A stretch of 51,491 nucleotides of DNA from Acutalibacteraceae bacterium (lineage in GTDB: Bacteria > Bacillota > Clostridia > Oscillospirales > Acutalibacteraceae). The number at the start of each line of letters is the position of its first letter. Positions within the stretch are counted from its first letter, which is position 1. Positions 38,681-47,639 of the stretch are shown here, piece after piece. Position numbers and translations under genes: made by a program. The notes beneath the pieces were generated by a model. The model searched no databases and was not told the DNA's origin. It saw nothing but the letters and a program-made list of their open reading frames with translations. The DNA is taken from assembly GCA_045649855.1 (NCBI GenBank), contig JAZRQN010000013.1, forward strand, positions 1 to 51,491. The letters run 5' to 3'.

Positions 38681-39597
38681 TGAAACTCTTATTGACGGGT
38701 GCCGCTACGTATACAGAGTCTCAATTAGCTTCATTGCGTAGCATGGGTCACGAAATTTTGTACGTGCAAGATGAGCGTGTGCCGCTTAAAGAGCAGGGGA
38801 TAGACCCGACAGATATCGAAGCTGCTGTTTGTAACGGTTTGTTTTTGTATAACGATCTGTCGGAATTTGCAAAATTACGTTATGTGCAACTGACCAGTGC
38901 TGGGTTTGATCGCGTGCCTTTGGAATCCATGTTGGAGAAAGGTATCACAGTGCACAATGCCAGAGGCGTTTACAGTGCACCGATGGCGGAGTTTGCGATC
39001 AGTGGTGTTTTGCAGTTGTACAAACAAAGTTTCACTTTCCTGAAAAACCAGTACGCGCATTGTTGGGAAAAAGTGCGGGATTTGAAGGAGTTGTGTGGTA
39101 AAACGGTTGGCATTGTTGGTTGCGGCAGCGTGGGACAGGCGTGTGCAAAACGTTTCAGTGCGTTTGATTGTCGTGTTCTCGGCGTAGACGTAGTGGCGAT
39201 GGATGCGCCGTTTTTCGACAAGGTGTATTTGTTGGAAGAGTTGAACGCAGTGCTTTCTCAGAGCGATGTCGTTGTACTGACATTGCCGCTTACGAACGAG
39301 ACGCGAGACTTGTTTGATCAGAAACGTTTCGATGCTTGCAAGACGGGTACAGTTTTTGTCAATATTGCACGAGGTGCTGTGGTTGTACAACGAGATCTGG
39401 TAACAGCTTTACTGGAAGGTCGTTTGGGCGGTGCAGTTTTGGATGTGTTTGAAACAGAACCTTTGGAGGCGGACAGTCCTCTTTGGGATATGAAAAACGT
39501 GATCTTGACGCCGCACAACAGCTTTGTGAGCGAAGGTAATAATGAGCGGCTGTTTAATGTAATCAAAGAGAATTTAGAGCGCGAAGGTGCAGTATGA
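38680..39597 (+). CDS. D-isomer-specific 2-hydroxyacid dehydrogenase family protein
   Basis: Part of ORF 38653..39597. Start set at ATG 38680, overlapping the upstream TGA. NAD fold GIVGCGSVGQACAKRF, NIARG, and TPHNS catalytic His. Confidence 0.85.
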   Translation: MKLLLTGAATYTESQLASLRSMGHEILYVQDERVPLKEQGIDPTDIEAAVCNGLFLYNDLSEFAKLRYVQLTSAGFDRVPLESMLEKGITVHNARGVYSAPMAEFAISGVLQLYKQSFTFLKNQYAHCWEKVRDLKELCGKTVGIVGCGSVGQACAKRFSAFDCRVLGVDVVAMDAPFFDKVYLLEELNAVLSQSDVVVLTLPLTNETRDLFDQKRFDACKTGTVFVNIARGAVVVQRDLVTALLEGRLGGAVLDVFETEPLEADSPLWDMKNVILTPHNSFVSEGNNERLFNVIKENLEREGAV

Positions 39598-40703
39598 AAA
39601 TTGTTGTAATTTCACCTAAAAACAGAACAGTGTACAATTTTCGCGGCGAATTGATCCGCAGTTTAATCGCACAGGGACACGAGGTGATCGTTACCGGTCC
39701 GGATGGCGAAAACGTTGACAAAATCGAGGAACTTGGTGCGAGATTTGTAGAAATCCCAATGCGCAAAAACGGCTTGAATCCGTTTGCGGATATCCGATAT
39801 TCGAGTGCTTTGTATAAACTGTTCAAAGCGGAAAAGCCGGATGTTACATTCGGCTATACGGTGAAACCGGTTATTTACGGCGCGATTGCTGCTAAAAGGG
39901 CAAAAGTAAAACACAAAGTTTCGATGGTAACGGGACTTGGATATGTGTTTACTGCGGAGACCAAAAAAGCTAAACTGTTGCGTGTGATCGTTTCTACATT
40001 GTATCGCATTGGTTTTAAATGTGCTGATGTCGTCGTTTTCCAAAACGGGGATGACCGCCGTCAGTTGACTGATTTGCGGTTGCTCAAAGATGAGAAATGC
40101 GAAAGCATCAACGGATCGGGTGTAGATATGCGCCACTTCGCGGTCGCAGATTTTCCGGAAACTATCACATTTTTCATGCTCTCCCGTTTGCTGAAAAGCA
40201 AGGGCGTTGCAGAGTATCTGGCTGCTTGTGAAAAGGTGAAGAAATTGTATCCGCAAGTACGGTTTACTTTGCTTGGTAAATACGAGTACGAAATGCAGGA
40301 CGCTGTTGATAAAGAGTATGTTGAGCGATTGATACAAGACAGCGTTATCGAGCGATATGAAGAGACGCACGATGTGCGACCGTATTATGCAGAATGTAGT
40401 GTGTATGTGTTGCCCTCTTATCGTGAAGGAACGCCTCGAACGGTGTTGGAGGCTATGGCGATGGGGCGTCCGATCATTACAACAGATGCACCCGGATGCC
40501 GTGAAACGGTGGTTGATGGCAACAATGGCTTCTTGGTACCGGTAAAAGATGCGGATGCGCTGGCGGAAGCAATGATACGGTTTATTGAAACACCGGAATT
40601 GATTGTTTCGATGGGCAAAAACAGTGTTGAATATTGCAAAGAAAAATTTGATGTCGAAAAAGTAAATCAGAATATGCGTAAATATTTGAGCGTGGAGGAA
40701 TGA
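39594..40703 (+). CDS. GT4-family (GT-B) glycosyltransferase
   Basis: 369 aa. C-terminal PSYREGTPRTVLEAMAMGRPIITTD (E-x7-E). ATGA overlap with the upstream gene. Confidence 0.85.
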   Translation: MKIVVISPKNRTVYNFRGELIRSLIAQGHEVIVTGPDGENVDKIEELGARFVEIPMRKNGLNPFADIRYSSALYKLFKAEKPDVTFGYTVKPVIYGAIAAKRAKVKHKVSMVTGLGYVFTAETKKAKLLRVIVSTLYRIGFKCADVVVFQNGDDRRQLTDLRLLKDEKCESINGSGVDMRHFAVADFPETITFFMLSRLLKSKGVAEYLAACEKVKKLYPQVRFTLLGKYEYEMQDAVDKEYVERLIQDSVIERYEETHDVRPYYAECSVYVLPSYREGTPRTVLEAMAMGRPIITTDAPGCRETVVDGNNGFLVPVKDADALAEAMIRFIETPELIVSMGKNSVEYCKEKFDVEKVNQNMRKYLSVEE

Positions 40704-42028
40704 TGGATATGTCGCTGTATGAGAAAATCGTAAATGGTGAAGAAAAAATCTCGCTGGTTGGCCTCGGTTATGTCGGTATGCCGATTGCTGTAGCTTTTGC
40801 GAAAAAGGTGAAAGTGGTTGGCTTTGATTTGAATGCTAAAAAAATCGAACTGTACAAATCCGGTATCGATCCGACTAACGAGGTTGGCGATGAGGCCATC
40901 AAACAGACCTCTGTGGAGTTCACTGCGGATGAAACCAACCTGCGTGAAGCAAAATTTCACATCGGTGCCGTGCCGACTCCCGTCAATGACGACCATACCC
41001 CTGATTTGACCCCTGTAGAAGGCGCGTCCGCTATTGTTGGCCGCAATCTGACGAAAGGTTCTGTCGTGGTGTTTGAATCCACCGTATACCCCGGTGTAAC
41101 TGAGGATGTTTGTGTGCCGATTCTTGAAAAAGAATCCGGTCTCAAATGCGGTGTGGATTTCAAAGTCGGTTATTCTCCCGAACGCATTAATCCCGGTGAT
41201 AAAGTGCATCGTTTGGAAACAATCGTCAAAATCGTTTCCGGTATGGATGAAGAAACCCTTGATTGTGTCGCTAAAGTGTATGAACTGGTGGTCGAAGCCG
41301 GCGTTCACAGAGCGGAAAGCATTAAAGTTGCTGAAGCTGCAAAGGTAATCGAAAACAGCCAGCGTGATATCAATATCGCGTTTATGAACGAACTGTCCAT
41401 CATCTTCAATAAGATGGGCATTGATACCCAGTCGGTTTTAAAAGCTGCAGGCACGAAATGGAACTTCCTCAAATTCTTCCCCGGCCTCGTGGGCGGTCAT
41501 TGCATCGGCGTCGATCCTTATTATCTGACCTACAAAGCAGAACAGCTTGGCTACCACAGCCAAATTATTCTGTCGGGTCGCCGTATCAATGATGATATGG
41601 GCAAATATGTTGCAGAAAGCGTGGTTAAGAACCTCATCAAAGCGGATGTGGCTATCAAATCTGCCAAAGTCGCTATCCTCGGTTTCACTTTCAAAGAAAA
41701 TTGTCCAGATACCCGCAATACCAAGATTGTGGATATTTACAACGAACTGAAAGAATACGGCATCACCGCAACGGTGGCGGATCCTGCAGCGGATGCAGCG
41801 GAAGCCAAACAGTTGTACGGTATGGAATTCGTGGATATGGCTACCATCAAGGATTGTGATGCCGTAATCTTGGCTGTAGCTCACGAAGAGTTTAAAACTC
41901 TGACCAAAGCGGATTTTGATAAGATGTTTAAAGTAGGGGATAACAGCAAGAAAGTTCTTGCTGATATCAAGGGACTTTTTGACCGCAAAGAATATGAAGC
42001 GGCAGGGTATAACTATTGGAGACTATAA
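40700..42028 (+). CDS. UDP-N-acetylhexosamine 6-dehydrogenase (TviB/WbpO/CapL-like nucleotide-sugar dehydrogenase)
   Basis: 442 aa. ISLVGLGYVGMPIAVAFA NAD fold and catalytic Cys GLVGGHCIGVDPYYL. ATGA overlap with the upstream gene. Substrate inferred from pairing with the TviC/WbpP-like epimerase. Confidence 0.8.
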   Translation: MMDMSLYEKIVNGEEKISLVGLGYVGMPIAVAFAKKVKVVGFDLNAKKIELYKSGIDPTNEVGDEAIKQTSVEFTADETNLREAKFHIGAVPTPVNDDHTPDLTPVEGASAIVGRNLTKGSVVVFESTVYPGVTEDVCVPILEKESGLKCGVDFKVGYSPERINPGDKVHRLETIVKIVSGMDEETLDCVAKVYELVVEAGVHRAESIKVAEAAKVIENSQRDINIAFMNELSIIFNKMGIDTQSVLKAAGTKWNFLKFFPGLVGGHCIGVDPYYLTYKAEQLGYHSQIILSGRRINDDMGKYVAESVVKNLIKADVAIKSAKVAILGFTFKENCPDTRNTKIVDIYNELKEYGITATVADPAADAAEAKQLYGMEFVDMATIKDCDAVILAVAHEEFKTLTKADFDKMFKVGDNSKKVLADIKGLFDRKEYEAAGYNYWRL

Positions 42029-42046
42029 GCGAGGAGGGAATAATAT

Positions 42047-43621
42047 ATGTTGAAAGAGCAACTTGACCAAAAAGTTGGATTTAGGAATTTTTTGTATAGA
42101 AGAGGATATCTGATTACAACGAAAAACAGTCTTAGCATAGAAGAATATCCTTTTTATGGAAATTGGACAATGCAGACAATCAACGATAAATTCTTTTTGT
42201 ACGCCCATAAGGAGCAGTATACATATATTCGCTGTACAGGAGGTATAACCGCTGTTTTGATAGGTCATGCCTATAACCCGTTTACAATGGAGATTAGTGA
42301 GAATGAGATTTTGGATGAGTGTATAAAGGCGTACACGAACAGTGAAAGTGCTTTTTTTGACAAAATAAGCGAACTTACTGGGATACATTTAGTTGCAATT
42401 TTCGACAATGAAAAAGCGGTGTTTGTGCAGGATTGTACGGGTATGCAAATGTGTTGCTACGGAAAGTGTAATGAAAACATCTATATAACATCAAACTCTA
42501 CAATAATCGAAGATGTAGATGTCCCTCAAAAGAATCATTTTGCTATCGACTTGTTAAACAGTAAATCCTATAGGCGTGGCAGTAAATATTTGCCGGGTGA
42601 TATTACTATTTATGAGGGCGTTTTTAGATTGGGGCCCAACCTATGTCTCAAATATCAGAATAATGAATTTCAAATTGAAAGATTTTACCCAGTAGAACCA
42701 CACAAGGAACTCAACGAAACACAAAATGATGCTATTAATAGAATCGCACATTTGATAAGAATCAATGTGAGTTTGTGTGCAAAAAAATGGAAGAAACCTG
42801 CAATTTCTTTGTCAGGTGGTACTGATAGCCGAACAACTTTTGCTAGTGCAATTGATAATTATGATAAATTTTATTATTACAGTTTTGAAAGCAAACCGCA
42901 AGAAACAAGAGATGCTGAAGCCGCGCACAACATTTGTACAGGGTTAGGTTTGGAACACACCATTTACAAGATAACTGATAATAATTCTGACTGCGAAGAT
43001 TTTGAACTGTTTAAACAAATTGTCGTGCGCAATTGTTCGAATATCAGCATTCCGCGAGATAATGAAATAAGAAAATATTATTTTCTGAGTAATTTGGATG
43101 ATTTTGAGGTTGAACTTAAATCGTGGGCGTCTGAAATAGGAAGAGCAAGTTGGGAAAAGCGCTATGGATTCAGACTTCCGGATAAACTTACGGCAAGACA
43201 TCTAAGTATTTTTCAAACAAGGTTTTTTGGTGAGCCATCCTTGTTATTACAAAGCGATAAGGCATATAAAGAATTTATGAAAAAATCTTTGTTTGTCCAC
43301 CCGATGTATAACTACGAAGATAGTGATATGTTCTTTTGGGAATATAGAGACGGTGCGAAAGGTTCTATTGTTACAACCGGTCAAAACATCTTTAATTTCC
43401 AGGTTACGATGCCTATGAACAACCGTAAAATCATTGATATGTTTTTGTGGTATCCACATGATTTCAGAAAGTCTAATGGCGTACACAAGGGGGTTATTAG
43501 CGTCAACAACCCCTCCTTGATTAATGTCGGTAACAGTGTGCACAATGGCTATTCTAATGTTAAACGCGTGCTTTTAGAACGAGTTTATTATTATTACAGA
43601 ACATTGTTTTATAAAGGTTAA
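42047..43621 (+). CDS. PP-loop ATP-pyrophosphatase protein, asparagine-synthetase-B-like C-domain; no N-terminal Cys glutaminase nucleophile
   Basis: 524 aa. ISLSGGTDSRT is an SGGxDS PP-loop. AT-rich codon usage unlike the flanking genes. Confidence 0.5.
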   Translation: MLKEQLDQKVGFRNFLYRRGYLITTKNSLSIEEYPFYGNWTMQTINDKFFLYAHKEQYTYIRCTGGITAVLIGHAYNPFTMEISENEILDECIKAYTNSESAFFDKISELTGIHLVAIFDNEKAVFVQDCTGMQMCCYGKCNENIYITSNSTIIEDVDVPQKNHFAIDLLNSKSYRRGSKYLPGDITIYEGVFRLGPNLCLKYQNNEFQIERFYPVEPHKELNETQNDAINRIAHLIRINVSLCAKKWKKPAISLSGGTDSRTTFASAIDNYDKFYYYSFESKPQETRDAEAAHNICTGLGLEHTIYKITDNNSDCEDFELFKQIVVRNCSNISIPRDNEIRKYYFLSNLDDFEVELKSWASEIGRASWEKRYGFRLPDKLTARHLSIFQTRFFGEPSLLLQSDKAYKEFMKKSLFVHPMYNYEDSDMFFWEYRDGAKGSIVTTGQNIFNFQVTMPMNNRKIIDMFLWYPHDFRKSNGVHKGVISVNNPSLINVGNSVHNGYSNVKRVLLERVYYYYRTLFYKG

Positions 43622-43656
43622 ATATTAACGAATGCCATGAATGGGGTGTATAGATT

Positions 43657-44631
43657 GTGGGTTACAAACATTTAAAATTTCCCGAAAACAGTGTGTTTTT
43701 GGTAACGGGTGCCGCCGGCTTTATCGGCTCTAACCTGTGTGAAGCGATTCTCGATATGGGGTATACCGTCCGTGCTTTGGATGACTTGTCCACCGGCAAG
43801 CAAGCAAATGTAGATATGTTTGCCAACAATCCGAATTACACCTTCATAAAGGGTGATATCAAAGATCTTGATACCTGTATGAAGGCGTGCGAGGGTGTTG
43901 ATTACGTTCTCAATCAGGCTGCGTGGGGCAGTGTGCCGCGCTCAATTGAAATGCCGTTGTTCTATTGCAGAAACAATATAGAGGGCACGCTCAATATGCT
44001 GGAGGCCGCTCGCCAAATGGGTGTCAAGAAGTTTGTGTACGCTTCCAGTTCCTCGGTGTACGGCGATGAACCCAATTTGCCCAAAACAGAGGGAAGAGAG
44101 GGCAATTTGCTTTCTCCCTATGCACTGACTAAGCGCTGTGATGAAGAATGGGCGAAACTGTATACCAAGCTGTACGGCTTGGATACCTACGGTATGCGGT
44201 ATTTTAACGTGTTTGGCCGCAGACAGGATCCCGATGGCGCGTATGCGGCAGTGATCCCGAAATTCTTGAAACAGTTGATGAACGGTGAGACCCCCACCAT
44301 CAACGGCGACGGCAAACAAAGCCGCGATTTCACCTATGTGGATAACGTGATCGAAGCGAATTTTAGAGCTTGTCTCGCGCCGAGCGAGGCGGCAGGCGAA
44401 GCGTTTAATATTGCGTACGGCGGTAGAGAATATCTGATCGATATTTACTACGGTCTTACCAAGGCACTGAACGTGGATATTGAACCGCATTTCGGCCCCG
44501 ACCGTAAAGGCGATATTAAGCATTCTAACGCGGACATTTCCAAAGCTCGTCGTTTGCTTGGATATGACCCCGATTATAGTTTTAAAGACGGCATTAAGCT
44601 TGCCATTGAGTGGTATAAGGAGAATTTGTAA
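43657..44631 (+). CDS. NAD-dependent UDP-N-acetylhexosamine(uronate) 4-epimerase (TviC/WbpP/CapI-like SDR)
   Basis: 324 aa with a GTG start. LVTGAAGFIGSNL, SSSSVYG, SPYALTK (YxxxK) and RYFNVFGRRQDP. Confidence 0.85.
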   Translation: MGYKHLKFPENSVFLVTGAAGFIGSNLCEAILDMGYTVRALDDLSTGKQANVDMFANNPNYTFIKGDIKDLDTCMKACEGVDYVLNQAAWGSVPRSIEMPLFYCRNNIEGTLNMLEAARQMGVKKFVYASSSSVYGDEPNLPKTEGREGNLLSPYALTKRCDEEWAKLYTKLYGLDTYGMRYFNVFGRRQDPDGAYAAVIPKFLKQLMNGETPTINGDGKQSRDFTYVDNVIEANFRACLAPSEAAGEAFNIAYGGREYLIDIYYGLTKALNVDIEPHFGPDRKGDIKHSNADISKARRLLGYDPDYSFKDGIKLAIEWYKENL

Positions 44632-45531
44632 GTGATGATAAATCTGAAAAAGATTCTTAATCGAAGCACTCGAGGAAAAATAATGTATTCGCTAAAGTGG
44701 CTCCCGGACAAGCCATATTTGCAACTTTTTTATTGGGCTACAACAGGTAGACGTATTAACTTCAAACACCCAAAGGGATTCAACGAAAAGTTGCAATGGT
44801 TAAAAATCAACGATCGTCATCTTGAGTATTCTAAATTGGTCGATAAATTTGCTGTTCGTGAGCATATTACAGAAGTTTTGGGAGAAGAATACCTTTTTCC
44901 ACTTTTAGGACATTGGCGTTCTTTTGAGGATATTGATTTTAAAGCTCTTCCCAATCAATTTGTTCTTAAATGCAATCACGATTCAGGTAGTACCAGAGTG
45001 ATTAAAAACAAGACATCTCTTACGCAAGCGGATTTTAACGAAATGAGATCGTTTTATACGAAAAAACTTAAAAGAGACTTTTTTAATGCCGGTCGCGAAT
45101 ACCCGTACAAAGGAATTGAACCGTGTATTATTGTTGAGCAATTTATGGTTAATGAAAGCAACCCTGAAAGCAGTATTGAGGATTATAAGTTTTATTGCTT
45201 TGGCGGTGAACCGAAAGCCGTTTTGATTGTTACCGATCGCAATGTGGATTGTCGATTTGATTTCTTTGATATGGAGTTCAACCATTTGGACATCCAAAAA
45301 CAGCATCCTAACGCGGATAAGCCAATCAAGAAACCGAAGTGTTTCGATGAAATGAAGGTCATTGCGCGCAAGTTGGCGGCTGAAAAAAAGATGGTTCGTA
45401 TTGATTTGTATGAGCTTAATGGTACGATTTATTTTGGAGAATACACTTTTTTCCCGGGCGGCGGTTTCGACTTGTTAAAGCCGGAAAAATGGGAAAAGCA
45501 ATTTGGTGAGTGGATAGATTTAAATAAATGA
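44632..45531 (+). CDS. TupA-like ATP-grasp amidoligase family protein
   Basis: 299 aa. FNEKLQWLKIND...LKCNHDSGS...EDYKFYCFGGEPK...RIDLYELNGTIYFGEYTFFPGGG matches my recollection of the ATPgrasp_TupA family. Starts directly after the upstream TAA. Confidence 0.7.
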   Translation: MMINLKKILNRSTRGKIMYSLKWLPDKPYLQLFYWATTGRRINFKHPKGFNEKLQWLKINDRHLEYSKLVDKFAVREHITEVLGEEYLFPLLGHWRSFEDIDFKALPNQFVLKCNHDSGSTRVIKNKTSLTQADFNEMRSFYTKKLKRDFFNAGREYPYKGIEPCIIVEQFMVNESNPESSIEDYKFYCFGGEPKAVLIVTDRNVDCRFDFFDMEFNHLDIQKQHPNADKPIKKPKCFDEMKVIARKLAAEKKMVRIDLYELNGTIYFGEYTFFPGGGFDLLKPEKWEKQFGEWIDLNK

Positions 45532-45544
45532 TGGAGTTGTTGGT

Positions 45545-46501
45545 ATGAGTAGCACATTTTTGCCGAAAGTTTCTATAGTTATACCGGTATATAATGGTTC
45601 AAATTATGTTGGAGAAGCTATTGACAGTGCATTGGCACAAACATATACCAATTTTGAGGTAATTGTTGTAAATGATGGTTCTACCGATAATGGGAAGACC
45701 GAAGAAATAGCTTTGTCCTACGGCGATAAGATCCGCTATTTCAAGAAAGAAAACGGCGGTGTTTCTTCAGCTCTCAACTTTGGCATCTCCATGATGACGG
45801 GTGAGTATTTTTCTTGGTTATCACATGACGATAAGTATGAGCCGTATAAGTTGGAACATCTGGTCGCAGCTTTGTCGAAAATCGAAGACAGAAAAAAAGT
45901 TATTGCTATCAGTGGCGTATATTTTATCGATTTCAATTCTAAAAAAATCAAAGATGGTAACAGCCATTTGATTCAGTCAAAGATATATTCGGGTCGCGAA
46001 ATGTTGGACTTTTCGCTTGAGTACGGTGTTTTGAATGGTTGCGCAATGCTTATACCCAAAACAGCGTTTGACGAATGTGGCGGTTTTGATGAAGAGTTGC
46101 GGTATAACCAAGACGGTTTGAAATGGAATCAGATGTTTTTTGCAGAATATTCTTTGCTGGCCGACACCCAAAACAAGGATGTGATGCACAGGTTGCATGC
46201 TATGCAGGACTCCAAAAGACGCAGGGATCTATTGCTCAGCGATTCTGTTAAAAACAGCAAGATCATCGCTCCGTACTTCATTGCAATTAGCACAAAGAAA
46301 AACAACTATTTTAAACGCTACACTCAGAGATGGGCAAGATTATATTGTAACGAGGCGGTTAAAGAATGTATCCACCTAGGTAGAGAGGCAAAGATATTTT
46401 CTTTTTTGGATGTTTTGGAACTTGAGGGTTGTTTGCTTTTGGGTATGGGTAGGAATATATTAAAAAAGGCATATCATAAACTTGTGTTCCGCATAAAATA
46501 A
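45545..46501 (+). CDS. GT2-family (GT-A) glycosyltransferase
   Basis: VSIVIPVYNGSNYVGEAIDSALAQTY..EVIVVNDGSTD and a downstream SHDDK (DxD-type) motif. Confidence 0.9.
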   Translation: MSSTFLPKVSIVIPVYNGSNYVGEAIDSALAQTYTNFEVIVVNDGSTDNGKTEEIALSYGDKIRYFKKENGGVSSALNFGISMMTGEYFSWLSHDDKYEPYKLEHLVAALSKIEDRKKVIAISGVYFIDFNSKKIKDGNSHLIQSKIYSGREMLDFSLEYGVLNGCAMLIPKTAFDECGGFDEELRYNQDGLKWNQMFFAEYSLLADTQNKDVMHRLHAMQDSKRRRDLLLSDSVKNSKIIAPYFIAISTKKNNYFKRYTQRWARLYCNEAVKECIHLGREAKIFSFLDVLELEGCLLLGMGRNILKKAYHKLVFRIK

Positions 46502-46520
46502 TTCTGTTGCAGGTGGGCAT

Positions 46521-47624
46521 ATGATTTGGTATTTAGGCAATATACTGATTTTGACGCTGATACAGCTCTTTTTCGTGAACGGAGACAGTGTGAAAAATCT
46601 ACGCTCCGATTGGCTTGGGCTAGAGCGCAAAAACTTCGGAAGAAAGCTAATTTGTATTGTGGGCACTCTCAATTGGATTCTTCTATCCGGTTTGAGAGGA
46701 TTAACTGTAGGTGCTGACACCGCCGGTTACAAAGTTAGTTTTTTGAGTACTCAAAACCAAGCCTGGGGATCTGTTTTTGATGATCTTACAGCGAAATTTA
46801 TTCATGGCGAGGACATAAAAGATCCCGGCTATGATGTATTCATGAAAATCTGTCAAATTTTCACGAATGATTTTCAAGTTTATTTAGTTATCGTAGCAAT
46901 ACTTTTCTTCGTGCTGATGGGGATTGCTGTGTATAAATATTCCAATAATCCTTATCAAAGTTTTTTATTGTTTTCTACTCTGTTTTATTCTTTCTTCGCT
47001 ATTACCGGCGTACGTCAGACGATCGCTACTGCTATCGTTGTATTTGGTGGCATTAAATTTATAAAAGAACGAAAACCGCTTCCGTTTTTGCTGTTATTCG
47101 TAGTTGCAGTACCGATCCATATGTCTGCGATTTGTTTCTTACCGTTTTATTTTATCGCTCGCATCAAAATCAACAAAGGCACTTTGTTAACATACTGGGT
47201 TGCGATTGCGTTATCTTTTATTTTTAGGACACAGTTTATGAATTTCTTAGGTGAACTGGTTGGATATGATGATTATAGTATGAACGAAGGTGCGACAGCT
47301 GGAACTTTTATGATCTTGCTGCTTTTGGTTGCGCTTGTTACAACACTGTTCTATAAATTTGTTGCAGATAATGATGATCCGATGGTTACAATGTCAATCA
47401 ACGCTTTGTTTATAGCTTGTATCTTCTCTTCGTTTTTGCTGATTAACCAAAATACAATGCGCGTTGTTCAGTACTATTCGCTGTTTTTGATGTTCCTGTT
47501 GCCGGAATTGAAGAACATCTTCAAAAATCAGTTTTCGGTTTATTGCTACCGCATTGCTTATGTGGGGCTGTTAGTCTTTTTGTTGGTGCGGCAGGCACCG
47601 GTATATAAATTCTTTTGGATGTAA
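46521..47624 (+). CDS. EpsG/Wzy-type polysaccharide polymerase (polytopic membrane protein)
   Basis: 367 aa, about ten or eleven TM helices, with the position and architecture typical of EpsG-family O-antigen/EPS polymerases. Confidence 0.65.
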   Translation: MIWYLGNILILTLIQLFFVNGDSVKNLRSDWLGLERKNFGRKLICIVGTLNWILLSGLRGLTVGADTAGYKVSFLSTQNQAWGSVFDDLTAKFIHGEDIKDPGYDVFMKICQIFTNDFQVYLVIVAILFFVLMGIAVYKYSNNPYQSFLLFSTLFYSFFAITGVRQTIATAIVVFGGIKFIKERKPLPFLLLFVVAVPIHMSAICFLPFYFIARIKINKGTLLTYWVAIALSFIFRTQFMNFLGELVGYDDYSMNEGATAGTFMILLLLVALVTTLFYKFVADNDDPMVTMSINALFIACIFSSFLLINQNTMRVVQYYSLFLMFLLPELKNIFKNQFSVYCYRIAYVGLLVFLLVRQAPVYKFFWM

Positions 47625-47639
47625 AATATAACGGAAAGG

